DNA of 64,000 bases, taken from assembly GCA_976551045.1 (NCBI GenBank), contig CDPCPM010000016.1:27094001-27158000 (forward strand), given 5' to 3'. Of this stretch, positions 13,640 through 25,780 are shown piece by piece; the first letter of the stretch is position 1; every line of letters begins with the position of its first letter. The DNA comes from Glaucostegus cemiculus (lineage: Eukaryota). The position numbers and the translations under genes are program-made. The notes beneath the pieces are model-generated. The model made no database searches and was not told where the DNA came from. It saw only the letters and a list, made by a program, of their open reading frames with translations.

Positions 13640-14605
13640 ACACTCAGCCCCCTATTTTACACTCATAATTCCATGGTCAGATTCTGCTCCAACTCCATCT
13701 ACAAGTTTGCAGATGACAGCTGTGTAGGGGACTAAATCTCAAATAACGATGACTCAGAGTTCAAAAAGGAGATACAGATCCCAATGGCATGGTGTCATGA
13801 CAACTTTTCTCTCAATGTCAGCAAAACAAAAGAGCTGGTCATTGACTTCAGGAAGTGGGGTGGCACACACGCTCCTGTTTACATCAACGGTGCCAAGGTT
13901 GAGAGCTTCAAAGTCCTAGGAGTGAACATCACCAATAGTCTGTCCTTGTCCAACTGTGTCAATGCCATGGCCAAGAAACACACCGGCGCTCCACTTCCTC
14001 ATGAGGCTAAAGAAATTTGCATGTGCCTTTTGCCCTCACCAATTTTTATAGATGCACCATGGCTTGGTATGGCAACTGCTCTGCCTGTGACCACAAGAAA
14101 CTGCAGAGAGTTGTGGACTCAGCTCAGCACATCATGGAAACCAGCCTCCCCTCCTTGGACTTTGTCTGTACTTCTCGCTCCTTCAGTAAAGCAGCCAGCA
14201 TAGTCAAAGGCCTCACCCACCCTGGACCTTCTCTCTTCTCCGCTCCCCCACCCCCTCATGAAGCAAAATGAAGATTCAAAAGGCTGAAAATATGTACCAC
14301 CAGGCTCAAGGACAGCTTCTATCCCACTGTTATCAGACTATTGAACAGTCCAACAATCCCCTTATACGATAAGTTGGACTCTTGACCTCACAATCTACCT
14401 CGTCATGACCTTGCACCTCATTGTCTGCCTGCACTGCACTTTCTTTGTAACTGTAACACTTTATTCTGCATTCTGTTATTGCTTTTCCCTTGTACTACTT
14501 TGATGTACTGATGTGATGAATTGATCCGCATGGATGGCAGACATAACAAAGTTTTTCACTGTACCTCAGTACATGTCACAACAATAAACCAATTTACCAA
14601 TTTAA
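13640..14605 (+). mobile_element. Rex1/Babar-clade LINE, 5'-truncated
   Basis: SIYKFADD; WCHDN..LNVSKTKELVIDFRK; LTNFYRCT..AWYGNCSA..KKLQRVV. The 3' tail is 'tttcactgtacctcagtacatgtcacaacaataaaccaatttaccaattt'. Confidence 0.85.
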
Positions 14606-14974
14606 TTTACTGGCCCATGTTAAGCAGAGCATCTTTGACATAATTGATACATCTGTTTGCTATTGATGTCATGATTGGCAGCTTTGTAATATTTGGAAGT
14701 GATTTGTCTTTGAATGATTTTGCCAGGTCATTCTTGCAGCATTTATTGTCAGTCTAGACCTTTATCAGGAGCAGCTCAAAAAAACTATTGCTATGGATGG
14801 TTTTTGGTGGATGCATCCTATTTTGTAAATATGAGTGTAAGGGGAATTGTAGATAATTTATAATCTAGTATAGCCTTCCTTGGATACCAAATTACCAATT
14901 CATAAATCCACAAATAGTTCTGCAGACATCTAAACAATATGTAGTTTAATATCTCTGACATTCTATATTATTAC

Positions 14975-16075
14975 ATGGAAAACATAAAATAAGTCAGGAG
15001 TAGCAGCCAACTGGCTCCTTAAGAATGCCCTGCCAATTAATTTGATCATAAATGATTCTGTGTTGGCTGTGACATCACTTTCCAATGCTTTCCCCAAACC
15101 ACTTGACTCCCTTGCAGCTTAAATGTCTGTCATTCTCCACCTTGAATATATTTAATGATTGCCTTCACAGCTCCCTGAGGTAGCAAATTTCAAAGATACA
15201 TTACTCTCTTCCTCATCTCTGTTCAAAATGGACAATTCCATTTTCTGAAACTGTGGCCCCTAGTTCTGGATAACCCCAGCAGTGAAAACCCTATTAGTAT
15301 ACAACCTGTCAACTCCCCCTCAGAATCTCTTATGTCTCAATAGGATCACCTCTCATTCTTCTAAACTTCAGTGAGTGTAGACTCTACTTGTCTTCATATG
15401 TTTCACTTGTGAACCTTCTCTGCACTGCCCGCAATCCAAATATGGAAGCCAAAGCTGTTTACATTACTCCTAATGTGGTCTCTTCAGTACCCTGTACTTT
15501 TGTGCTAACCTTCTGTGTTCCATGTACCACAGATCCCTTTGAACCATAACATTTTGTAGTCTCATCCCATTTAAATAACTTGCTCTTTTATTCTTCCCTC
15601 CAAAGTGATAACCTCACATTTTCCCACATTATGCTCTAATTGCCAACTTCCTGCCCACTCGCTTAAGATCTATACATACTTTGTGTGGTCACTACTTGCT
15701 AATCTACTTATCTTTGTACCTTCAGCAAAATTGGCCACACTACACTTGGTTCCTTCATCCAAGTTATTAATGTAGATAGTATGTAGTTGAGGTCTCAGTG
15801 CTAGCCACTAGTTACTGGCTGCTGATCTTAAAATGACCCATTTATATCTGACTCTCTGTTTTCTGTCAATTAGTCAAATGACAATCCCAGTAAATTTATA
15901 ACCCACAACTTTGTGCACCCTTACCCTGTTCAGTAACATATGTTGGCACATTATCAAATGCCTTATGGAGATTCAAATATACTATATACACTCACTTCCC
16001 ATCACCTACCCTGTTTATTACGTCTTCAACATACTCTAGTAAACTTGTCAAACACCATGTCCTTTTCAAGAAACC
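14975..16075 (-). mobile_element. CR1 LINE fragment, decayed
   Basis: 'ggatcacctctcattcttctaaac', 'ccttcatccaagttattaatgtagat' and 'ttatcaaatgccttatggagattc' are CR1 ORF2 reverse-strand signatures. Confidence 0.7.
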
Positions 16076-18652
16076 AAATTTTTCTGCTTGATTTTCTTAC
16101 ATCTTTGAACAAAGAATTTGCACAGCTCCATAAAAGTGAAATATTTATATTCATCTTCCTTTAAACATTGTTGTTTCTTACCCGTGATACCCTTTGCATT
16201 ATCTTCAAGATTCTGGTAATGATGCCCTTTTAATTCATAACCTACGTGGTAAAACACATTTAAAGTTAATTGAAAACTAGCACAATATAATTAAATTTAT
16301 GAATAAAGAACTGAAATGTAGCATCTGAATTTTGGGAGTTTTTAAGATTGCCTGCATTTCAGCATAATAACATGGAATTTCCTTTTTTGTATGTAAATAT
16401 TAGTTAATATAAAATTATTTCAGATTGATATAAAACATTATAAAAATATATTGGAAAGGAAGAATGCAAATAATTTTTTGCCCTCAAAAGAAGATCTTGC
16501 AACCATTATGCATGTTGCTTTCTTGTTGTGATTTCAAAACAGACTGTTCTTCTCCATCTTTGACATTTTTAATATTGTCCAGTAAGCAACTGGAGTCTCA
16601 CAAATACCTCATCCTGCTATCTAGCCCACTAATTTTCCCACTGATTCCACTGATTTTCAGGAGATGTAAAGCTGGTTTTGTGTGACTAACGCAAGAGTAA
16701 ACACCTAAGAACTGAAAAACGGGTGTGAGAAGAAATATCTCCCAGGCTGTGATACCTAAAAGTGAGCACAAGTATTTATTGTCAGGTCACCTATGTTAAT
16801 CTTTTGGCTAAAAATTAGGGTTAAAATTATCACACTTTCTTAATACTAGTAACATTTCTAGAAAAATTAATTTCACGGTGTGTCTTTCTTGATCTTTGAG
16901 ATAATATCTCCTTTGCTTGTTACTGACTTGCTGACCCTAAATTAACATGATGCTATAAGCTCTTTTTGCAGAGCCATCACAAACTACTTTCCAAATGTAA
17001 ATAAAATGTTCAAAGTCCTTCATTCAGAGAAATACTACTTTCTGAAAGGCCCCAAAAGATGAAACAAGCCTTCACAATGTTGCTAGCCTGAGGCATGGTC
17101 ACTTTAAATAATGACATTCATTAACATTTTAAAGAAAAGCTGTCCTACCAGTCACACAAAGAATTAGACAGTCTGCCATTGTAGTGAATTTCCTGACTGT
17201 ACTTTAGGTTGGAATTTCTACTTGATTTCTCTTTTAGGAAAGGGAGTTCCTGGGAAGGGGAATCCATTGTCAAACTACGTGAATAAAAGTCTTGTAATAT
17301 ACTGTCAGGCTACCCACTGTTCCAGGTATCAGATCAGATATCAGCACATTCTAGGTGACTTAAAATGTTCTAAAACATGTTGAAGCAACTTGCACCAATA
17401 TCCAGCAGAAGATACAAGTGGCAGATACAGCTCACGAGAGAGTTCATTGGCTAGTGTGGGACTGTTTTCTTCATGGATTGCAGGACTGAAGTCTCTGAGA
17501 GCTCAGGACATGAAAAAAAAATCTGGAGGCCTCAGAAAACTAGTGGTAAAAGATGTTAAAGGACAGGCCAAGAAGTTATACCGCTTGGTTGTGTGTGGAG
17601 TCCACATCGAGCCTCTGTAGTATTGCTTTGGTGCCTCAGATATTTTGTTGAGATATAAAATGCCTGAATAATCCTAAGCAAGATGCTTTTTTTAATTGCC
17701 TACTTGGATCCAGCGGTATCATAACAGATATTAGGAAACATTGTCATGAATGGATAATGGTGGAGAAAGAGAACAAGCAGATGAGTACATGGCTTCATTA
17801 CTTGGTTCTCCACAGGAATTGTACTTGCATGCTGTTCAGAATTCCTGGTAGCTTAGACGGCTGTCCTGGCTATACCGTGGAGGAGTTTTGAAGGGGGTTG
17901 ACCATTATCTGTCATGCAGACCAGAAGAAATGATGATCTCCATCAGCAATAGAGCAACACTGGTGCAGTGGCTGTAACTCTGTCAGTATGTAAGCTTTCC
18001 TGCACATTAGTCCTTCCTCTTACAAAATCAATATTTGCCGTAGTCCCAGCAAGTCATTTCGGCCTGATGCCTCCCCACCAGGTACATGCAGAAACATGTG
18101 GTGAGACCCTCATGAGCTTTAATGCCCAGAGGACAAATTAAAAGTGTTCCACATAAGGAGCAGCAACTGTTTGCCATCACTGGCAAGGTCAGTAGGGATG
18201 CACTTTGTAGAATTAGGAAACCTTTAAAGATAAGTACTATGGGTTGATCACCTGCTGTAAAATGAAATGAAGGCATTGATTGTATTTGGCATTAATCACT
18301 GAACTGACAGTGACTGGACTGCATAAGTGAAGTTATTCTATATAATTCAAGTCACTTTTAGGAGATCAGAGGATGCTTTTGCTGAGAATAGGTAAAGCAG
18401 AAGTTGAATGAGCTGCATTTGTATGTGCCTTGCCTACTAGCTTATTTGAGCAAGGGCGGAGTGAAGAACCATTTTCACTAATTCTTATCATACGTAAAAT
18501 TAAAAACAAAAATATCACCCAGATTGACAGTAAACTAGTAACTTCAACTTGGGCTATACTACAAAGTACAGTAGCCGAAATTGGTTCATCTTTTAATTAG
18601 TGTAAATCACAGCAATCTTATATAGTTGTTTCCATATGAGATGAAAACTTAC

Positions 18653-18761
18653 CAAGACTTTTTGTATTATAGGGTGATTGATTGTAGGTTTTATATCCTA
18701 CTCCATACACCAGGGTAACAGACATAGACATCAGAAGTGCACCAACTTCCTTTGAAATCAT
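18653..18761 (-). CDS. col10a1: Collagen X copy A, coding part of exon 2 (signal peptide + NC2): MISKEVGALLMSMSVTLVYG-VGYKTYNQSPYNTKSL
   Basis: Acceptor catttacAG at 18777-18778, then a 15-nt leader and 36 codons + 1 nt, then donor G|GTAAGT (GT at 18651-18652). The phase matches exon 3. It is homologous to exon 2 of copy B and to the LVHG signal-peptide end of tetrapod COL10A1. An in-frame upstream ATG at 18773 would add MPSN. Confidence 0.88.
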
Positions 18762-19146
18762 ATTTGAAGGCATATTCTGTAAATGTTTTAATAGAAATGT
18801 ATTTATAATCATTAACAAATGGAATAATAAATATTTAATAGCATAATGAAATTTACTATCAAAAAGAAAATTTGAAAATAACAAATAGTTACATCCCTAA
18901 TGAGATACTGACTTTGAAAAGTCTTGACTAGGCCACATTTCAAACAAATTATTGAACATCTCCATGGATGATGTCTTTCTTACTGTCCATGTTTCCAATT
19001 ATTATTTCAAACATATTTGCAGAGAGCTACAAGGAAGAAGTATACATATCTAGTAATTCAACCTATTTGCAACTAATTGAAATCTGTGACATGACCTTCT
19101 TGCTCCTTTGCATGCTAACATAATTAAAAATTGAAATGCAACATAC

Positions 19147-19234
19147 CAGTATGTTTTCTCTTCTGAACCGTATTTCAGTTTTGCATCCCCTATTGGATTA
19201 TTCCCTGATATCTTGGAACATCTGAAGCAGAAAT
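19147..19234 (-). other. col10a1: Non-coding exon 1 of col10a1 copy A (TSS approximate)
   Basis: Begins ~30 nt below TATATAA and ends at donor CTG|GTATGT (GT at 19145-19146). Intron 1 is 370 bp, the same layout as copy B. Confidence 0.7.
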
Positions 19235-19256
19235 GCAAAAGTATAAATGCTGGTAC

Positions 19257-19435
19257 TTATATATGAGAGACTCCGACATAAACAGCTGTGAATTTTAAAA
19301 CTCCTCCCTTTAAATGGAAGTAATAACTATGCTGTTTTCTTTTAACTTTTAAAGTGCATCAGGTTGGTGGTTTTGTTCTGGTATGTTGTCTCCTTTCAGA
19401 TTGGTGTTCAACATGACGATGCAGACAGTTTTCAA
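19257..19435 (-). promoter_or_regulatory. Proximal promoter of copy A: TATA box, GGAGGAG box, RUNX-like site, CCAAT
   Basis: TATATAA at 19263-19257, CTTCCATTTAAAGGGAGGAG at 19320-19301, AACCACC at 19372-19366 and CCAAT at 19404-19400. All are collinear with copy B. Confidence 0.75.
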
Positions 19436-20019
19436 AACCAAAACTGCTATAAATCTTCAATAAGTAACTTTTGATTATCTAATTTTATAGAACAGTTGTC
19501 CCACCCCCCCCCCCCCCACCCAGTATTTCAAATTTGGAGTACCGAAGGACCATAAGGCAACATTTCAGTACTTTCCATCAATGACTTTTTTTATTAATCT
19601 CATCCAAGTAAGTTTTTTTTAACATTTAATAACATTATGGCATCTGGACCCTGGCTAAGCAGAATACATAAGATTGGAAGACTTTTGTTCACATAGCTTG
19701 ACAAATTTATTTCTTTATTTGATTATTTACCTGAAATTACAGAAGTTACTGATTTAAATGTGATAATCAAAATAGCAAATTTGAACCATACTTCATAACT
19801 ACTAAATGCAATTCTACCTCTAATATCTGGCACAGTTGCCTAACCAAGAGTGCCTATATGATGGAGTATTAGCTTAGGCACAGATTGAAGCCAACCAACA
19901 TAAATGTAATTTATTCTTTCCTGAGATGGTGAGATGGAGTTACCTCAACCTGGACATTCATGCTAGAAAACAATAAATGAAGTGTAAACCAGTGGAATTG
20001 GCCATGAAAAATCTAGTCA

Positions 20020-21758
20020 GATGTAGGTATCCCTGGCATAGCCAGCATTTATTGTTCTCAGCTATTTGTTTTAGAGGATTCTGGTGAAACACTTCCTTGA
20101 ACTATAGCAGTCCTTTAGGTGAAGGTATTTCCACAATTCTGTAGGATAGGCAGTTCCAAGATTTGAACAGAGCAACAATGAAGGAAAAGGGAGATATATT
20201 TGCCATCATGATGTGTGACTTGGGGGTTGGGGGCCGAGAGGGGTGGGTGGAGATACTTACCTGCAGGTGATGCTCTTCTGATGCACCTATTGCCTTTATC
20301 CCCAGAGGCTGCAGGTTTAGGAGGTGTGTTTGGAGTAGTCTAGATGAGTAACTGAAGTGCCTTTTTTAGATGGCACACATAGAAGTCACAACACAATGGT
20401 GGTGGAGGAAATGAATATTAGGAACAATTCTTTGAGTGTTGTCTGGAGTTGGGCTCATTCAGGCAAGTGGAAAGGCTTTGGGGTGTCAAGGAATGAGTCA
20501 TTTGCCACAAGATACCCAGTGTCTGATTTGCCCTCACAGTTGGTATTTGTATGGCTGATCTAATTGAGCTTGTGGTCAATGGTGACTTTTAGGATGTAGA
20601 TATTGAAGGTTCAGCCTTAGTAATGCCATTGAATATCAAAGGTCAGTGGTTCAATTCTCTGACTTGTCGAAAGAATTATACTTTTGTGGCATGAATAATA
20701 CTTTCCACCTAGCAGCTCATACCTGCAAGTTGCCTCGGACATTTAACCTTATGCTGGAAGGAAGGTCATCGATGAAGTAGCTGAAGATAGTTGGGCCTGG
20801 GGAACATCCCTGAGCAACTCCAGCAATAGTGTCCTGGGGTTTATATGATTGAGGTTCTATATTTACAACTATCTTCCTTTGTACACGTCATGCCTCCAAC
20901 CATTGGATACTTTCTAGTTGATGCCCACTGAGTTCACTAACTTGAAACCACACCCAATCAAGTCCTGCCTTTGTGACAAAGGCTGTCACTTGCACCTTAC
21001 TTCTGGAATTAAATTTTTAAATTTAAATTTTATTTACAGCGTGGTAACAGGCCCTCTCGGCCCAACGAGTCCGCGCCGCCCATTTTAAACCCCCTACCTG
21101 AACGTCTTTACAGCTGCTGGTTTACATTTGGATCAAGGCTGTGATAGGACTGGAGCTAAGTAAAGTAAGCAAAATCAAAAATTGGCATTGGGGAGCAGAT
21201 TATTGGAGTGCAAGTGCCATTTTTTCACATTATCAATGACACATCCCATCCATCACTTTGCTGATGATTGATAATAAACTAGTTAGTAATTAGTCATCTT
21301 GATTAGACCTACTTTTTATGAATAGGAGATAACTGGATAATTTTCCTCCAGGTTGCATAGATGTCAGCTCTATAGCAGCATGGTTGAGGTGCAGCTGGTT
21401 CTGAAGCACAGGTTTTAAGTACTACAGCCAGAATGCTATCTGGTCCCATGGACCTTTGTTGGATACAGTTCTCTCAATCTTATCTTGATATTATGTGAAC
21501 TGAATAGAGTTGGATTAAGATTGGCTTCTATGATAGTTGGATCTTGGGAAGAAGCCAAGACAGATCATCCACTCAGCACTTCTGACTGACCATGGTTATG
21601 AATGATATAGCCTTTTTTTTCATATTTATATGTTGAGGCCTACCATCATTGAGGATAGAGACTTTCTTGGTACTGTCTCCTCTTGTTAGCTACTAAAGCA
21701 TCCACCACTATTCATGAATTGATGGGACAGGGCTACAGAGCATATGATCTGATCAATT
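20020..21758 (-). mobile_element. Old CR1/L2-group LINE remnant (host of nested insertions)
   Basis: The minus strand near 20765-20830 reads IAGVAQGCSPGPTIFSYFIDDL, a decayed RT motif. Family sequence resumes briefly after 22814. Confidence 0.65.
21016..21110 (-). mobile_element. 5'-truncated V-SINE (CR1-type tail only)
   Basis: Near-identical to 29812-29885: 'ttaaattttatttacagcgtggtaacaggccct.tcggcc.aacgagtccg.gccgcccattttaaacccc'. Confidence 0.8.
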
Positions 21759-22813
21759 AGAGTCATAGATTACTACAGCACAGAAACAGGCCCTTTGCCC
21801 TATCTAGTTCATGCCGACCTGATCTGTCTAGTCCCATCTACCTGCACCCTGACTATATTCCTCCAAGCCCTTCCCATCCATGTACCTATCCAAACCTCTC
21901 TTAAATGTTACATTTGAACCCGCATCTATCACTTCTGCTGGCAGCTCATTCCACACTCGCACCACCCTCTGAGTGAAGAAGCTCCCCTTCAGATTCCCCT
22001 TATATATTTCACCTTTCACCCTAAACCTATGTCCTCTAGTTCTAGTCTCACCCAACCTTAGGGGGAAAAAGCCTGTGTGCATTCACCCTATCCATACCCT
22101 TCATAATTTTGTATACCTCTATAAGATCTACCCTCATTCTCCTGTGCTCCTAACTTATTCAGCCTTTCCATATAACTCAGGTCCTCAAGTCCCAGCAACA
22201 TCCTTGTAAATTTTCTCTGCTCTCTTTCAAGCTTATTACTATCTTCCTATAGGTAGATGACCAGAACTGCACACAATAAGCCAAATTTGGCCTCACCAAT
22301 GTCTTGTACAATTTCAATATAACATTCCAACCCCTGTACTCAGTGCCCTGATTTATGAAGGCCAAAGTGCCAAAAGCTCTCTTTACAAACCTATCTGCCT
22401 ATGATGCCACTTTCAAGGAACTACGGATCTGTATTCTCAGGTCCCTTTGTTCTACCACACACTACAGAGCCCTACAACTGTATAAGTCTTACCCTGGTTT
22501 GTCCTCCCAAAGTGCAACACTTCACGTGCATTAAATTCCATCTGCCATTTCCCTAGCTGGTCAAGATCATGCTGCAAGCTTTGATAGCCTTCCTCGCTGT
22601 CCACTACGCCCCCATTTGGTGTCATCCGCAAATTTGCTGATCCAGTTTACCACATTATCATTTAAATTATAAATACAGATGATAAACAACAACGGACCCA
22701 GCACCAATCCCTGTAGCGTACCACTTGTCACAGACCTTCAGTCAGAGAGACAACAATCTACTATTGCACTCTGGCTTCTCCTGCTAAGCCAATGTTGAAT
22801 CCAATTGTCTACC
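21759..22813 (-). mobile_element. CR1 (HER1-like) LINE, 5'-truncated
   Basis: ORFs 22177..22365 (LYKTLVRPNLAYCVQFWS) and 21828..22082 (TRGHRF..FFTQRVVRVWNELP). KFADD lies near 22620. A candidate TSD TCAATT is at 21753-21758 and 22814-22819. Confidence 0.9.
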
Positions 22814-23887
22814 TCAATTGTGCGTAGAATCATTTAACACTGTCTGTTGCATGATCGATCAGGGAATGGTAGAAAATGTGCTATTGTGAGTGAATAGCAT
22901 GCAGTTTCCACAGTTTGTCAAACTCATGATATGCTCACCTTAAGATGCTTTGTTAACTGTAATGTTTGATAGGAAAGTTAATTAGAGCTACCATTGGTGA
23001 GTTTCACTCACTTTTCTAATCATTTTATTTTAAATTGGTGACTATTGATCTTTGTAACTGGAGCAATACCAGATTTGAAACTTTTGTCTCAAGTTCCTTT
23101 AATTTTCAATGCAGCTTTACAGAGCAAAATCTCTTGTAATATTATATACCGGGCTTGAGGTCTGAAGCAGCATGTTTATAGGGACCAAACCTATTTGCTT
23201 TATAGTCAGTAAACCCCCAAATAAGTTAAATAGGTGGTTTGAAAAATTGCTTTATTGTAAAAGAAATTAATTGAGTTGTGAGCCTTCATTACTTATATAT
23301 CATCGTGTACTTAATTTATATCCTTATCCTCTAACAACGTCATGCATAACAATACTTAACTTGAGCAATGGCTGTTCTAAGTTACTGAGTTGTGTTTTCA
23401 AGTTTTGAATTTTGTATTAATGAGCCAAGGCATTGCTAAGGTTGAAGAAAGGAAAATCTGAAGTAAACGTACAAATAATGAATTGTAATGCAAAACTGGA
23501 ATTTGAAAATTTAAATATTGTTTGAGGTACAAAAAAAGGAATGAATGATAGAGAATTTTGAATTCCAGCAAAAGATAGAAAAAGAATGGGAAATGTCATG
23601 AATCTTGGTTTCAGTGGAGTGATGATGCAAGATGTACGTTGGAGGAGGAAGAGGAGTTGATAGTATAGTGTATTCTCATTAAGGGGAACAAAAAATCAAT
23701 ATTATGAACTATATTGATCATATTGATTTAATAATCTTTACAGAAGTGAATATGAGTGCTATTACAAGAATGAAGCTCATTCCTTATAAAGAGAAGTATG
23801 GTGAAGACATAGCACTTTGGCGAATCAGTTTTACATGCAATATTAAGTTTATTTCAAGAGTATGAAATTATAGTGGTGTATTTCATT

Positions 23888-25780
23888 GAATCATAGAAAA
23901 TGCACAATACAGAAGAAGGCTTTTCAACCCATGCCAGTCGAGAAACGGCGACTCAGCCTGGTCCAAACTTTTAGCACCTGGTCTGTAGTCCTTCCAGATC
24001 ACAGTTCTTCAGTTGCATATCCAAGTATTGTTCAAATTTATTGAGTGCTTCTGCCACAACCACTCTTTCAGACAGTAGGTTTACACTCTGGGCAAAAAGT
24101 ATTTTCCTGATTTCCCTTCTAACTCCTCTGATTACTTTAAATCTGTGATCTTTGATTTATGACCCCTCCCCTAGGAGAAATAGGATCTTCTCATTTCTAC
24201 TACTCAGCCCCTCGTGCTTTAACTAAATACCCTTTAGCCTCCTCACCAAAGAAAACATTAGGCCTTCCTTCATGGCTACAATTTTTCGATCACAGCAACA
24301 TCTTTGTCCAGTGCAACTGCATCCTTCCTGTCATGCGGTGACCAAAGTGGTACACAGTACTCCAGCTGTGCTCTAACAAATGTTGTATACAGTTCGAGAA
24401 TAACTTCCCCTGGGTTTTATGTTTTATGTCTCTACCGAGGAATAAAACATCCCTTATTCCTTTTTAACCACGTTATTAACCAGTCCTGCTGCCTTTAGGG
24501 ATCTGTGGGCATATACTTCAAAGTCTTTCTGTTCTGCCACACCATGCAATATCCTGCAGTTTATTGTATTTTTCCTTGCTTGTTGCACTTTCGCAAATGC
24601 ATTGCCACATACCACTTTGTCTGAAGCTGTTCTTTTCACTGTTGACCACGCAACCAATCTTTGTATCTTCAGCATACTTGTTCATCATACACTTGAGTCG
24701 AAATCAATAATATACACTATAAGAAGCAACGGACAGAGCACGGAATCACCCCACTAGTCATAAGCTTACAATGACAAAATCCTCTCATCATTTACCTTTT
24801 GCTTCTGGCTACTGAATTCAATGCACATCCAATTTGCCACTTTCCTCTGGATGCCATGGCTGTTACTATACTGACCAGCCTACCATACTAGACCCTGATG
24901 GAAGGCTTACTAAAATCTATGAAGACTGCATCAAACACACTGCCATCATCAATGCTCCTTGTTACTTCCTCAAAAAATTCAATCAATTAGCAAACATCTT
25001 CCCACAATAAATCAATGCTGACTGTCCTTTGTTAATCTAAATGATATTTTCCCTTAGAATAGATTTCAATAATTTATTTGCCAGTGACGTGTAATTACTT
25101 GGTTTATCCCTTTTTCCCTTTTTAACCACCATTAGCAATCCTCCAATGCTCTGTAATCAGAGAGATTTGAAAATGTGTAGTCATAACCTCTGCAGTTTCA
25201 TCCAGACCTGCAATTCATTCATATCCAAAGACACCAAATTCCTTCATATATCCTTTTTGTTAACTGTGCTTACCCAGTCCAACAGTTCACACTTGTTCCA
25301 TTAAACACACAGCATTGGCATCATCCCCCTCCTTTGTTAAGGCAATTGCGAAATGTTATACATATCCTCACATTCACACACGTTATTTTTTTTTACTCTA
25401 ATAGGCTTCCTCTTTCTTTAGTTATCTTCTGGCTTTTTATGTACTTGCATGCTTTGATTTGTACATGCCAATATTTTTCTTATCCTCTTTGCTTTCCAAA
25501 TTTCCCTTTTGGTTTTATATCTACACTTCCTGTACTCTTCCAGGCTTTCTGATATATTAATCTCTCTGTGTCTGACATTTCTCTTTTTTGACTTAATCTA
25601 TCCTCAATGCACATTATAATACAAAGGACTTCAGATTTGGCAATCCCATCCTTTTTCTGTGAAGGAGCATGCTTACCCTGACTTCCTTCCTGAATGCTCC
25701 CTGTTCTTGCAAGACTGATTTACCTTAAAGCTGATGTTTCCTGACCCCCTTTGCTAAATCACTTCTTGGTCTAGTAACAT
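23888..25780 (-). mobile_element. CR1 LINE, decayed and internally deleted
   Basis: Tail 'gaatcatagaaaatgcacaatacagaag', followed by 'gtgaccaaagtggtacacagtactcc' and 'ccttgttacttcctcaaaaaattcaatc' (CR1 RT, reverse strand). The 5' boundary is uncertain. Confidence 0.7.
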
